Assembly: GCA_965661285.1 (NCBI GenBank)
Contig: CBFIDD010000002.1
Coordinates: 192,001 to 256,000, forward strand
Direction of reading: 5' to 3'
Origin: Poseidonia sp.
GTDB taxonomy: Archaea > Thermoplasmatota > Poseidoniia > Poseidoniales > Poseidoniaceae
Length of the DNA: 64,000 nt
Shown here: positions 9,612-19,214 of the stretch, piece by piece
Numbering within the stretch: the stretch's first letter is position 1
Layout: every line of letters begins with the position of its first letter
Made by a program: the position numbers and the translations under genes
Notes under the pieces: generated by a model
Told to the model about the DNA's origin: nothing
The model's database searches: none
The model's input: the letters and a program-made list of their open reading frames with translations, nothing else

Positions 9612-11405
9612 TCATGCCGTTGCTGCATCCGTTTGCCGGTTCCGCTCATCTTCAGCACGAGCAACGGCAATACCGTCCTCGACGTCGACGTTACGCAACA
9701 TGATCGCACCTGCAACGATGAGGAGCGAGATGGCGAAAATACCGACACGGGAGTCAAACCACACCGTCATGACCGAATAGATCAGCGGGCCGAGAAGAGC
9801 AGCGACTTTCCCAAAGAATCCGAAGAAGCCAAAGAATTCAGCAGAGCGAGTTTCGGGAACCATCTGTCCAAACATCGAACGTGCAAGACCTTGGGAACCG
9901 CCCAGAAGCGCACCCCCAAAGACACCCAACAGAAGGAACTGGAAGAAGACCGACATGCCCAACGGCGCCCAGACCAAAGCACGGGCCGTTTTGGGAAAGA
10001 AATCGAGCAGACCGTCGCCCAAACTGGTCGGGTGATTGACGCCCAGTCCGGTGGTGTTGGCGAATTCCCCGCCTTCTATGCTGTAAGAAAACCGGGAATC
10101 CTCCATGGTTGCTTCGAGGGCAGCCAGTGCATCTGCTGTCAGATCAACGCTGACGTTCACGGCGTTGCCGTCGCTGTCAAAGGCCCACTCAACGGCGTAA
10201 CCGCTCTTGTAATCCGTATTTTTTTGAACTGGCAGAACGGCTTCGTGCTCCAAGGCCCACTGTTGTTCATCGTCTTCAGGGAGCGCAGCGATTGGATTGA
10301 CACCCTCACGAGCGATGGCATCGTACATGCCCGTTTCTTCATTGAAGAGGTACTGCATATCGTACTCGTCGTGGTTCTCAAGTTCCAACGGAGCGAACGA
10401 GAGGGCTCCGACGATGACGAAACACCAGCAGACGAGGGAAAACTGCAGGGCGCTTTTTGTGCCCCACTTCTCTGCAAGTTTCGTAAAGCCAATCGCCGCA
10501 GGTGCTGCTACGAATTGAATGATGAGGATGGTCAGAATAAGTCCGGTCGTGGTCAAACCGAGAACAACGATGCCGAACACGCCTGAAAGGGCCGTGACCG
10601 AGTTGATACCGTCAATGAAACAGAAGTAGGCGAGCATGTAGAAGAACAGCGTTCGGAAGCTCTTAATGTCCGAGAGGGTAGCTTTGACCTCTCCAAGCGC
10701 CATCTTGGTCGATGCCACCATGCCCATCGGTTCCATCTCGTTTTCAATGTGAGGCTCGGGAACCATGCGGAACGTCATTTGGGCAAATCCAAGCCACCAG
10801 ATACCGGAGGTCGCCATGGCGAAGGGAATCACCCAGCTTTGCCCAGGAAGGCCCATGACCAAACCGAGGTGAACCACGAGCAACAGGCCACCACCGAGGT
10901 AGCCAGCAGCGAAGGCTTTGTTTGAAATGGAATCCATCTCGGATTCATCACCCATGTGAGGGAGCAGGGCGTTGTAGAATACACCCGCACCGTTCAATCC
11001 GACGTTGGCCATCATGAACATGATGAGGGCCCAAATCCAACTTGTTGAAACACCGAGGTAGGGCGAAAGCGCCAGCAGGACGCAAGAAATCGAGCCCAGG
11101 AGGGTGAGGATTTTGAGCCACCACATCTTGATCATGCGTCGGTCAGCGATAACACCAAGCGATGGGGCACAAATGGCCACGAGCAGAGCACCGATCATCA
11201 CGGCGGCCGAATACATGGCGTCGGCAGTCCATTCACTTCCGAGCAGTTTGGTGGAGATGCCGTTGGCCTCAGCGAAAAGGTAGGCGAACCAAGCCGGGAA
11301 AATGGCGGTGGTCACCGAAGTCTCAAACGCGCTTTTTCCCCAATCGTAGGCACAGTATCCACGCACACGCTGGTCCTTGTCCATCGCCACATTCGCTTCT
11401 TCCAT
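9612..11405 (-). CDS. MFS transporter (UMF1/Atg22-like)
   Basis: Motifs YDWGKSAF, FYNALLP, GYLGG, DGINSV, QGLARSMF and EFFGFF, plus a large soluble loop insertion. Confidence 0.88.
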   Translation of the reverse strand: MEEANVAMDKDQRVRGYCAYDWGKSAFETSVTTAIFPAWFAYLFAEANGISTKLLGSEWTADAMYSAAVMIGALLVAICAPSLGVIADRRMIKMWWLKILTLLGSISCVLLALSPYLGVSTSWIWALIMFMMANVGLNGAGVFYNALLPHMGDESEMDSISNKAFAAGYLGGGLLLVVHLGLVMGLPGQSWVIPFAMATSGIWWLGFAQMTFRMVPEPHIENEMEPMGMVASTKMALGEVKATLSDIKSFRTLFFYMLAYFCFIDGINSVTALSGVFGIVVLGLTTTGLILTILIIQFVAAPAAIGFTKLAEKWGTKSALQFSLVCWCFVIVGALSFAPLELENHDEYDMQYLFNEETGMYDAIAREGVNPIAALPEDDEQQWALEHEAVLPVQKNTDYKSGYAVEWAFDSDGNAVNVSVDLTADALAALEATMEDSRFSYSIEGGEFANTTGLGVNHPTSLGDGLLDFFPKTARALVWAPLGMSVFFQFLLLGVFGGALLGGSQGLARSMFGQMVPETRSAEFFGFFGFFGKVAALLGPLIYSVMTVWFDSRVGIFAISLLIVAGAIMLRNVDVEDGIAVARAEDERNRQTDAATA

Positions 11406-11491
11406 GGCGTTGCATAACGCGATGAACTTATGAATGCATACCCGTGAAAATCGAAGGGTGCTGTTGTTTCAAACCCTTGAGGTTGACCCCA

Positions 11492-11887
11492 TCAGTGGTC
11501 TCGGATAATGATGTAGCGCCCAAGGGCTTCTTGCCACATGATTTTGCCGCCGGCTTGGATGTTCATGTCGGATTCGGCCGAAGGCATGGGGAGGATCATC
11601 ATGGAGTAGTCTCGGTCGTTCATGGCGTGAACTTCCTCGCCCTCGATGTGGGTGACGGTGGCCGTTCCCTTCTCGATCATCGGGACGCTGATGGAATCGG
11701 TGACGGTTCCTACGTGGGAGATTTTCTTCCCCGTGAAGATGGATTCGAGGGACAATCGAGCCTTTGCAGAGCCGTGCTTTCCGGGCTTGGATTTGGAGAT
11801 GCTCAAAATCTTGTAGGCTTCATCGTCAACGACACAAAATCGTCCAACTTTTAGCGTTCGAATTTCTACACGGTCGGTGCCTGGCAT
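11492..11887 (-). CDS. eif5a: Translation factor aIF5A
   Basis: Hypusine motif SKPGKHGSAKAR. Confidence 0.95.
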   Translation of the reverse strand: MPGTDRVEIRTLKVGRFCVVDDEAYKILSISKSKPGKHGSAKARLSLESIFTGKKISHVGTVTDSISVPMIEKGTATVTHIEGEEVHAMNDRDYSMMILPMPSAESDMNIQAGGKIMWQEALGRYIIIRDH

Positions 11888-11952
11888 GGTATCCCTCTAC
11901 AGCGCTGTCCGGGTGTTGGCTTATCACCCTTCGCCCCACTGAAATTGGAAGT

Positions 11953-12708
11953 TCACAAATCTCGTACGTCAAAGCGCTGGCCCGACTGTTCTGCGGTATG
12001 GGCCGTGATGAGCGGCATGAGCGCATGGGCTACATCATCGGGTTTGGTCAACTGTCCATCTTCATGATAGCCCACGAAATTTGAGCGGAGGGGAAAGTCT
12101 TCTACGGAGGCGGACCGAATGGTGGTCTGCATGTCGGTATCAACGATTCCAGGAGCCACCGATACGGCCGTGATGTTGTCCGCTGCTCCCTCTTCAGCAA
12201 GGCATCGCGTCCACATGTCAAGGGCTGCTTTGGCCGTGCAGTAAGCAGACCAAGAGGCGAGCGGCCTCAGGGCTGCGCCACTGGAAATGGTGGTCACTCG
12301 TGTGCGATGTTGGCCCTGAAGCGCCGGGGCGAGGGCTTGGGTCAGGTGCTGAACACCCACCACGTTCACCATCATGGAACGCGCCCAATCGGAAGCATCA
12401 GCACCGAAGAGCGGTTTGATGGGATGGATATCACCGGCGTTGTGAACGACACCGTGAATCGAGTTTTCGTGGGCGAGGATGGTTTGGGCAGCCGATGCAA
12501 CAGAGGACGACTCGCCCAAATCGCACGGTGAGGCAAACGAGTGCGGTGAATGCGCTTGGACGTCTGCGAGCGTCTGATTCAACTCAGCACTGGGCCGAGA
12601 AAGCAGAATCACGCGGACCCCCGCTCGAGCAAGTGCGAGCGACACCTCGCGCCCGATGCCCTTTGATGCTCCGGTAACCAGGTAGGTTTGACCTTCGAGG
12701 CTCCCCAC
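11953..12708 (-). CDS. SDR family oxidoreductase (sepiapterin/benzil reductase-like)
   Basis: Motifs TGASKGIG, HNAG, ISSGAA, YCTAK and PGIVDTDMQ. Confidence 0.88.
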   Translation of the reverse strand: MGSLEGQTYLVTGASKGIGREVSLALARAGVRVILLSRPSAELNQTLADVQAHSPHSFASPCDLGESSSVASAAQTILAHENSIHGVVHNAGDIHPIKPLFGADASDWARSMMVNVVGVQHLTQALAPALQGQHRTRVTTISSGAALRPLASWSAYCTAKAALDMWTRCLAEEGAADNITAVSVAPGIVDTDMQTTIRSASVEDFPLRSNFVGYHEDGQLTKPDDVAHALMPLITAHTAEQSGQRFDVRDL

Positions 12709-12717
12709 ATCATCACC

Positions 12718-13563
12718 TCAGTAGGTGTAGAACCCTTGACCGGACTTTCGCCCAAGTTTCCCTTCTTCAACCATCTGGACGAGCAACGGAGCAGGAGCAT
12801 ACTTCTCAGTGCCAAAGCCTTCGTAGAGGACATTCATGATGTGAAGGACGGTATCGTTGCCGATGAGGTCCGATAGTGCCAATGGGCCGATGGGGTGATT
12901 CATCCCGAGTTTCATGATGCCGTCGATGGCTTCTGGTTCGGCGACACCTTCCTGCAGCGTGAGGATGGCTTCGTTGATCATCGGACACAGGATACGGTTT
13001 GATACAAATCCGGGTGCATCGTTGCACGAAAGGGCGGTCTTACCCATTTTCTCAGCTGCCTCCACAACGGCGGTGTTGGTGGCCTCACTGGTGGCTGCGC
13101 CGTTGATGATTTCAACGAGTTTCATGATGGGCACCGGATTCATGAAGTGCATTCCGATGACCTTCTCCGGTCGTTGTGTGGAGGCGGCAATGGTCGTGAT
13201 GGAAATGGAAGAAGTGTTGGAGGCCAGAATGGTCTCTGGCTTGCAGAGGTTGTCGAGTTCGGTGAAAATCTCCTGCTTCAGGGAGAGAATTTCAGGAACG
13301 GCTTCCACCACAAGGTCGCAATCTGCGCACAGGCTTCGGTCGGTCCCCGTTGTGATGCGAGCAAGAGCGGCGTCAGCATCGGCTTGCGTCATGCGTTCCT
13401 TGCTCACAAGTTTTCCAAGCGAAAATTGGATGGTACCAAGGCCCTTCTCGACGTATTCGTCTTTGATGTCGATCATCACCACATCGTAGCCCGCACAAGC
13501 GGCCACCTGTGCGATACCGTTGCCCATTTGTCCTGCACCAATTACGCCAATGCTCTGAATCAT
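12718..13563 (-). CDS. hbd: 3-hydroxyacyl(butyryl)-CoA dehydrogenase
   Basis: Motifs [34 protein letters not shown] and GRKSGQGFY. Confidence 0.92.
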   Translation of the reverse strand: MIQSIGVIGAGQMGNGIAQVAACAGYDVVMIDIKDEYVEKGLGTIQFSLGKLVSKERMTQADADAALARITTGTDRSLCADCDLVVEAVPEILSLKQEIFTELDNLCKPETILASNTSSISITTIAASTQRPEKVIGMHFMNPVPIMKLVEIINGAATSEATNTAVVEAAEKMGKTALSCNDAPGFVSNRILCPMINEAILTLQEGVAEPEAIDGIMKLGMNHPIGPLALSDLIGNDTVLHIMNVLYEGFGTEKYAPAPLLVQMVEEGKLGRKSGQGFYTY

Positions 13564-13668
13564 CGTCTCACCTGTAGCCAAATGCACAGCCACACCGTTC
13601 ATGAAGATGCGTATTCGTTTGGACGGCGTCGGGGAAAGAAATATCCTTGAGCACGAAATGTTGAACCC

Positions 13669-15090
13669 ATGGTGGAGATTCTATGCCCGCACTGCGATGG
13701 GGAAATTGAACTCGACGACGACGCTTCCGGTGAATTTGCGTGCCCTTATTGCGAAGGAGAATTCGAATGGAATGTAGAGCCGAAGCCAAAACGGTCCAAG
13801 CGTGGGAGGTCGTCAAGCGCTTCAAAGCAGGACAGCAGGGGTCCATCCTTCTCAGCAAGTGGGTTGAAAGTCGCACGGGAAGCGGTTCACGTCGCCATGC
13901 TGGCGTTCCTCGTGCTCTGCTTGACCGGCCCCACGATGTATGTTGTTGAGACCGAAGACGGTGTAACGCTGGCAGAATTTAGCACAACCACCTTCAAGTT
14001 TGAATCTGAGGACGAATACGAGAACTACGATACGGAATACAGCGAAGTGATGGAAGGGCTGAAGGCCCTCAAGGAAGCATGTGTCTTCGCTGGGGGCGGT
14101 GGTTGCGAGTTAATCGACGAAGCCATGAGTGGGTTCGGACGATGGAACCTCGCCAGTAATTTGTACACGTTTATGATCGGGATTTCAACCTTGCTTGTTG
14201 GCTTGTCCTTCGCAGCACGAGGTCTGGTGGGTCTTGTCGCCGGCGGACGGATGGTGACCTCGGCCAGGGGATTTGAGCGGCTCTATGGCTTCGGTCGCTT
14301 TGCTATCGTACCGGCGGGTGGATTATGGCTCCTGGCCACAGTTTTATTCATCTTCATCACGCCTTCGTTTGAAGCCACGTATGCGTTTGCTATTGATGAC
14401 ACTGAAGGCCCGGCATTGGACACCAGCTATACCTTGTTTGTGTGGCTGTCGCTGCTCATGTCAATTGTCCTAACGACCGTTGCCGTGATGTTCCTGTCAA
14501 ACATTACGGTGGAGATGCGTGAGCCAGTAGAGAATCCGCTCTATCTGGCATCCTTGGTGGCCCTCATCTCGAGCGCTTCGTGCGGTGTGGGACTGCTCGC
14601 CTCGTATTTCTTCAATTGGCTGGTGGCTGGAGAAATCTTTGGTCTTCGCCCCGGTGGCATCCACCTGAGCCTCTTTGGCGAGGGTGAAACTCTGGGCTGG
14701 ATTGAAATCTTCCAGACCGAGGGCATGAAATTCATCGCCGTGCTGGGGATGTTGTTTTTCCTCCTCGTTCTGGCCAGCGTTATCGTACAACTGGCGCATA
14801 CCGTGAGCGCCGTGGCCGTCCAACTTGACGACATGGGCTTCATTGACATGACCGCCGAACGGTACAATCTTGCGGTGCAACTTCAAGTTCCAACCGCTGC
14901 AATCGCCCTTGGCGGCGTGGTTGCGAGTTATCTTTTGGTCCAGTTAGCGTCGTTGCTGTTGCTCTCCGACCAGTTTAGCGGATTATTTCTGGACGAGATG
15001 ATTCCTCGGCCCAGCCTGCTCCTCGGCGTACTGGTGGGTGGCCTGATCGTTCAACTCCTTTCAAATCGGGCCTATCGAGAGGAGAGGTAG
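13669..15090 (+). CDS. Multi-pass membrane protein with N-terminal Zn-ribbon
   Basis: CPHC...CPYC N-terminus followed by about 8 TM helices. Its stop codon overlaps the 3' end of tRNA-Gln. Confidence 0.75.
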   Translation: MVEILCPHCDGEIELDDDASGEFACPYCEGEFEWNVEPKPKRSKRGRSSSASKQDSRGPSFSASGLKVAREAVHVAMLAFLVLCLTGPTMYVVETEDGVTLAEFSTTTFKFESEDEYENYDTEYSEVMEGLKALKEACVFAGGGGCELIDEAMSGFGRWNLASNLYTFMIGISTLLVGLSFAARGLVGLVAGGRMVTSARGFERLYGFGRFAIVPAGGLWLLATVLFIFITPSFEATYAFAIDDTEGPALDTSYTLFVWLSLLMSIVLTTVAVMFLSNITVEMREPVENPLYLASLVALISSASCGVGLLASYFFNWLVAGEIFGLRPGGIHLSLFGEGETLGWIEIFQTEGMKFIAVLGMLFFLLVLASVIVQLAHTVSAVAVQLDDMGFIDMTAERYNLAVQLQVPTAAIALGGVVASYLLVQLASLLLLSDQFSGLFLDEMIPRPSLLLGVLVGGLIVQLLSNRAYREER

Positions 15091-15160
15091 CCCGACTCGG
15101 ATTCGAACCGAGGTCGGCGGGACCAAAACCCACCATGATGGACCCCTACACTATCGGGCT
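15088..15160 (-). tRNA. tRNA-Gln(TTG)
   Basis: Reverse complement AGCCCGATAGTGTAGGGGTCCATCATGGTGGGTTTTGGTCCCGCCGACCTCGGTTCGAATCCGAGTCGGGCTA folds as a cloverleaf. The A1-U72 pair is typical of archaeal tRNA-Gln. Confidence 0.95.
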
Positions 15161-15210
15161 GTGTAAGCCGGGCGGAGGGGTGCCGCTTTTTGTTTCTGTC
15201 GGCTTTGCCT

Positions 15211-15675
15211 TCAGCGAAGGAGGTCGTGGTCGCCCAGCGTTTTGCGGGCGCTGTCAATGAATTGATTGAGGTCGAGTTCGCTCCGTTCCATGTAGACCTT
15301 GGCCTGCAGCGCCATGTCCAACTTGTCGAGCTTTTTGACAAACACAGCCTCGGGTGTCGTTTCGTGTTCATACTCATCAAACAGCGCCACCCACTCAGGT
15401 GCAAGTTGTTCCATGGCAGCACGTTCGTCAGCCGACTTCGTCGACACATCGTCCTGAGGCGTCAGGTCGCCGACGATAACCTCGGGGAGGTCGTGGACCA
15501 AACAGAGTTTCAGCACGTGTTCAAGGTTCAGGTCCTCCGGGCAGAGTTTCAGGGCGAGAACGGCCATACCCCAGGAGTGAGCCGCAACGGATTCAGGTGC
15601 ATCCACACCGGCATTGACCCAGCCTTGACGAAGCACGTCCTTGAGCCCGAGGTAAGCCATGAGCGTGTCTCGCAT
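15211..15675 (-). CDS. HD-domain 5'-deoxynucleotidase-like protein (HDDC2/YfbR-like)
   Basis: Motifs RQGW, ESVAAHSW, LVHDLPE..GD and DKLDM. Confidence 0.88.
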   Translation of the reverse strand: MRDTLMAYLGLKDVLRQGWVNAGVDAPESVAAHSWGMAVLALKLCPEDLNLEHVLKLCLVHDLPEVIVGDLTPQDDVSTKSADERAAMEQLAPEWVALFDEYEHETTPEAVFVKKLDKLDMALQAKVYMERSELDLNQFIDSARKTLGDHDLLR

Positions 15676-15725
15676 GGTTGTGCTTTGAAGCGCGGGTTCA
15701 AAACCTCATCTCTCCAACAGCAATC

Positions 15726-16337
15726 ATGAGCGGACGAGCCCCAGCATGGTGGGATGAGGCACACGCCTTTTTGCTCAAGGACGAATTGTTGGGTCCCGTT
15801 GTGGAACAATACGGTCCCGACGGCATCACGAGTCGGGACGACCTGTTTCAGACGCTGGTCCGCTCCATCGTGGGCCAGCAAATCTCCGTGCTCGCCGCCG
15901 ATGCGATTTGGGGGCGCCTCGTCGACCATCTCGGCGAAGCAACACCCGAAGCGGTGTTGGCGACCGACCAGCGAAGCATCGCTGCTTGTGGTGTTACACG
16001 ACCCAAAGCAAGTTACATCTACGGCCTCGCAGAACACGCAGCGGAAATTCTCAACCAGCCTTGGGATGAGATGTCGGACGCCGCCATCATGAAGCACTTG
16101 GTGAAGTTCAGAGGGATTGGACCTTGGACGGCGGAGATGCTTCTCATGTTCCACTTCCTTCGACCCGACGTGTTCAGCCTTGGTGACATCGGCTTGATTC
16201 GGGGCACCCAACGGCTCGTGCCCGAGGCTGAAACGAAGGAAGATGTGGGTAAAATCGCCGAGCGCTGGCGCCCTTACCGGACCGCAGCGGCGTGGTATTT
16301 GTGGCGTATTCTGGACCCGGTACCCGTGGAATACTGA
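15726..16337 (+). CDS. alkA: DNA-3-methyladenine glycosylase II (AlkA/HhH-GPD)
   Basis: Motifs SIVGQQIS, RGIGPWTAEM, DVF..GD and WRPYRT.AAWYLW. Confidence 0.9.
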   Translation: MSGRAPAWWDEAHAFLLKDELLGPVVEQYGPDGITSRDDLFQTLVRSIVGQQISVLAADAIWGRLVDHLGEATPEAVLATDQRSIAACGVTRPKASYIYGLAEHAAEILNQPWDEMSDAAIMKHLVKFRGIGPWTAEMLLMFHFLRPDVFSLGDIGLIRGTQRLVPEAETKEDVGKIAERWRPYRTAAAWYLWRILDPVPVEY

Positions 16338-16377
16338 ATGGCGAAGGTTTGACATGAAGCCACGGGGTGGTTTCCCC

Positions 16378-17301
16378 ATGGCCGAGAATCCCTACTCGCC
16401 CAGCAAGCCATCCAAATCCCTCGCTGAGCGCCTCGGCTCAACGGGAAATAAAATCGCTGAGCTGTCCAAGCAAGCAGCGAGCGCCACCAAGGAAGCGATG
16501 GCCAAAGTGGCGGACGCTGGCAAGGAGGCTGCAGCCAAGACCTCCCAAGCCGTTTCCGATGCCAAAGAGTCACGAAAGGAGAAGAAAGAAGAAAAATTGA
16601 CCCAAAAAATCGAGGAGACACGAGCCGAACTTCGCGAGGACGGTCACATCGAACTGGCTCCAGCCATGATCACCCTTCCAGAATTTGAAGAAGAGCGGAT
16701 GGCGTTGATGGCAGAAGAACACGATATCCTCGTCGACCTTGTTGACCACATGCACGCCTTGTCCACGAGAGTGGACAAACTCGAGCAAACCTATCGCGCT
16801 CTTGCCATTGAAGAAAAAGCGAAACTTTCGGAATCCTCAGTTTCCCAAGAGGAACAAACCGCCGAAACCACCTCCCAAGGGATGACCTCTGCCTTGAGTC
16901 TGCTCGGTGCTTCTCTTGTTTGGGTGGTCCTGCTCACGGGCATCGATCGCTACCTCGCCTCCAATGAGGTGATGCTGTTCTCGAGTTATCCCGCAGAAAT
17001 TCCCGTGTGGGGGTTGGGAGCCGGTTCTTGGGTGATGTTTGTCATCCACCAAATCGGTAAAGCCGCACCGTTCCTTCGCGTCTCGACACCCATGCTGATT
17101 CAAACGGGCCTCGCCGTGGGCATCACCACCGTCATGGCGCTGTTGCTTTCGGACAACACCATCTCTACGATGTCAAGCGTTTGGACGTGGGGAACGGCCA
17201 TCGCCGTGGCTGTTTTGGTCTCGTCGAGCCTTGTAGCAAGCGCATGGCGGAACACACGAAAGGTGCTGACGCCAAACGAAGAGATTGAACTCATCGATTG
17301 A
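16378..17301 (+). CDS. Coiled-coil membrane protein (hypothetical)
   Basis: Ala/Lys/Glu-rich helical N-terminus and four C-terminal TM helices. Confidence 0.7.
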   Translation: MAENPYSPSKPSKSLAERLGSTGNKIAELSKQAASATKEAMAKVADAGKEAAAKTSQAVSDAKESRKEKKEEKLTQKIEETRAELREDGHIELAPAMITLPEFEEERMALMAEEHDILVDLVDHMHALSTRVDKLEQTYRALAIEEKAKLSESSVSQEEQTAETTSQGMTSALSLLGASLVWVVLLTGIDRYLASNEVMLFSSYPAEIPVWGLGAGSWVMFVIHQIGKAAPFLRVSTPMLIQTGLAVGITTVMALLLSDNTISTMSSVWTWGTAIAVAVLVSSSLVASAWRNTRKVLTPNEEIELID

Positions 17302-18493
17302 CGGCTTCCACGTCTTTGAACAGATCTCGCGTGATGTTCTTTTGATGCGACTCGAGCGTGCCGCCACCGATTTCAAGCAACTTGGCGTCTCGCCACAGAC
17401 GCTCTACGTGGTATTCACCAACATAGCCGTAGCCGCCCATGACCTGCATGGCGGCGTCGGCGATTTCCTTGGCTGCGGTGGTGGCAAAGAGCTTGACGCC
17501 GTCGGAATCGAGTCGCTGACCTGAGGTGCCGATGGTGAGGTTGTTGGCCGTGTCGTAGATGTAGGCACGCATGGCTCGATACTTGGCCCAGCTCTCACCG
17601 ATGTAGCGCTGGATTTGACCAAAGTCTCGAATGGGTGAGCCGAAGGCCGTGCGGTCCGTAGCGTAGCGATTCATCTCGTCCAAGGCACGTCGGCCGATGC
17701 CGAGGGCCATACCTGCGAGGGTCAGGCGCTCAAGTTCCAAGTTCCCCATCATGTGGAGAAGGGACTCACCCACGTCACCAACGAGGTTTTCAGCAGGGAC
17801 AATGCAGTCGTCAAACACCAACTCAGCGGTGTTGGAGGCACGCATACCTGTTTTGTCGTAGATTTTCTGACCGACGCTGAATCCGGGCATACCGGCTTCG
17901 ACGAGGAAGGTCGACATTTGGACGCGACCTCGCTCGTCCTCGCCGGTTCGGGCGTAGACCCATACCACGTCAGCGGGTGTGCCGGCTTCGTCGATGCAAC
18001 CGTTGGTGATCCACATCTTTCGTCCGTTCAACACCCAAGCACCGTCATCACGCTGAACGGCGGACGTCGAAAGGCCGAGCACATCGGTTCCTGCATCGGG
18101 TTCGGACATGGCCATGGCGCCGATCCACTCTCCCGAGCAGACCTTGGGGAGGATGCGAGCCTTCTGGTCCTCGTTGCCGTTGTAGGCGAGGTTGTTGACA
18201 AAGAGCATCGAGTGGGCAAGGTAAGCAAGCGCAAATCCGGGGTCGGACGCCGAGAGTTCCTCGTGAACCATGGTGCAGGCAACAGCGTCCAGTCCAGCAC
18301 CGCCGTATTCTTCGGGAGCGCTGATGCCCAGCAGCCCCAAGTCACCCATGCTTCGAAGCAACTCGAGGTTGAACTTCTCGTTTCGGTCGTATTCCAGCGC
18401 TTGAGGCTCAACGTGTTCTTGGGTCCATTCTCGAACCATTTCACGAAGCATCAAATGTTCTTCACTGGGGTTGGCGATGTCCATGGTGGCCAT
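17291..18493 (-). CDS. Acyl-CoA dehydrogenase (isovaleryl-CoA dehydrogenase-like)
   Basis: Motifs AMSEPDAGTD, LNGRKMWITNG, GMRASNTAELVF, GGYGY and RDAKLLEIGGGT. Confidence 0.92.
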   Translation of the reverse strand: MATMDIANPSEEHLMLREMVREWTQEHVEPQALEYDRNEKFNLELLRSMGDLGLLGISAPEEYGGAGLDAVACTMVHEELSASDPGFALAYLAHSMLFVNNLAYNGNEDQKARILPKVCSGEWIGAMAMSEPDAGTDVLGLSTSAVQRDDGAWVLNGRKMWITNGCIDEAGTPADVVWVYARTGEDERGRVQMSTFLVEAGMPGFSVGQKIYDKTGMRASNTAELVFDDCIVPAENLVGDVGESLLHMMGNLELERLTLAGMALGIGRRALDEMNRYATDRTAFGSPIRDFGQIQRYIGESWAKYRAMRAYIYDTANNLTIGTSGQRLDSDGVKLFATTAAKEIADAAMQVMGGYGYVGEYHVERLWRDAKLLEIGGGTLESHQKNITRDLFKDVEAVNR

Positions 18494-18556
18494 GCTTTGC
18501 CGTTTCCTCGGTGGCTTTTGACCTTTGGCGCACCGTCGGCATCAACGCGCTTGGCC

Positions 18557-18748
18557 TTACTCTTCTGACGAGGAATCTTCGCCGAGCATTTCCTTACGAA
18601 ACGCCCGATAATCCTCCTCTTTGTCAAACTCAAGGGGGACCACCATGCGCTCTTGGCAGTCTTGGCACTCGTATTGTTGGCCGACCATGAACCCCATGTA
18701 GGGGTAGACTCGGATGCCATAACAGGCGATACAGACTCGAAAGGACAC
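18557..18748 (-). CDS. Small Zn-ribbon protein
   Basis: CIAC...CQDC in 63 aa with an acidic tail; GTG start. Confidence 0.7.
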   Translation of the reverse strand: MSFRVCIACYGIRVYPYMGFMVGQQYECQDCQERMVVPLEFDKEEDYRAFRKEMLGEDSSSEE

Positions 18749-18763
18749 CTTGTCACGTCCGTT

Positions 18764-19039
18764 TCACTCTTCTTCGGAAAAGGCACTGCGAAGTTCGTCG
18801 AGGTCAATACGATGGTCGGTGTTCACGTCCAAGGCTTGAATGATCACGGAAATTTGTGCGGGAGAGAGCACATCACCGACCAATTCTCGGATGCCCTTGT
18901 GCAATTCAGGACCGTTAATGGTGCCGTCGCTGTCGGCGTCGAAGGCTGCAAACATGTCGTCTACGGTCATGTCCTTCTCGTTCAGGGCTTCTGAAAGTTT
19001 GCTCATGGCTTCGTCTGCACTCCAGGTGTCTTCGCTCAT
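18764..19039 (-). CDS. Two-EF-hand calcium-binding protein
   Basis: Starts MSEDTW; canonical loops DADSDGTINGPE and DVNTDHRIDLDE. Confidence 0.85.
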   Translation of the reverse strand: MSEDTWSADEAMSKLSEALNEKDMTVDDMFAAFDADSDGTINGPELHKGIRELVGDVLSPAQISVIIQALDVNTDHRIDLDELRSAFSEEE

Positions 19040-19214
19040 GACCGGTGGTGCGCATGCGCCTCCTAAATCGTTTGCCCGGCCACGATGAATGCCGAGGTCG
19101 GGCGTGAGCACCACATCAACCCGTTGTGAGAGAGGAAGAAACGGCGATTCTTTTTCTAGCCTTGACCGGCATAAGTTCTTGATGGATGGCAGTATGCAGG
19201 CAAAAGAACCACGC

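Noticed and set aside
13600-13668. Search for a distal repeat of the tRNA-Gln or tRNA-His 3' ends
   Set aside because: No copy was found by eye, so no island was called at those tRNAs.
17753-18568. Many long antisense ORFs (e.g. 17753, 9603, 30128, 52906, 61246)
   Set aside because: They lie opposite well-supported genes in GC-rich DNA and have no motifs of their own.
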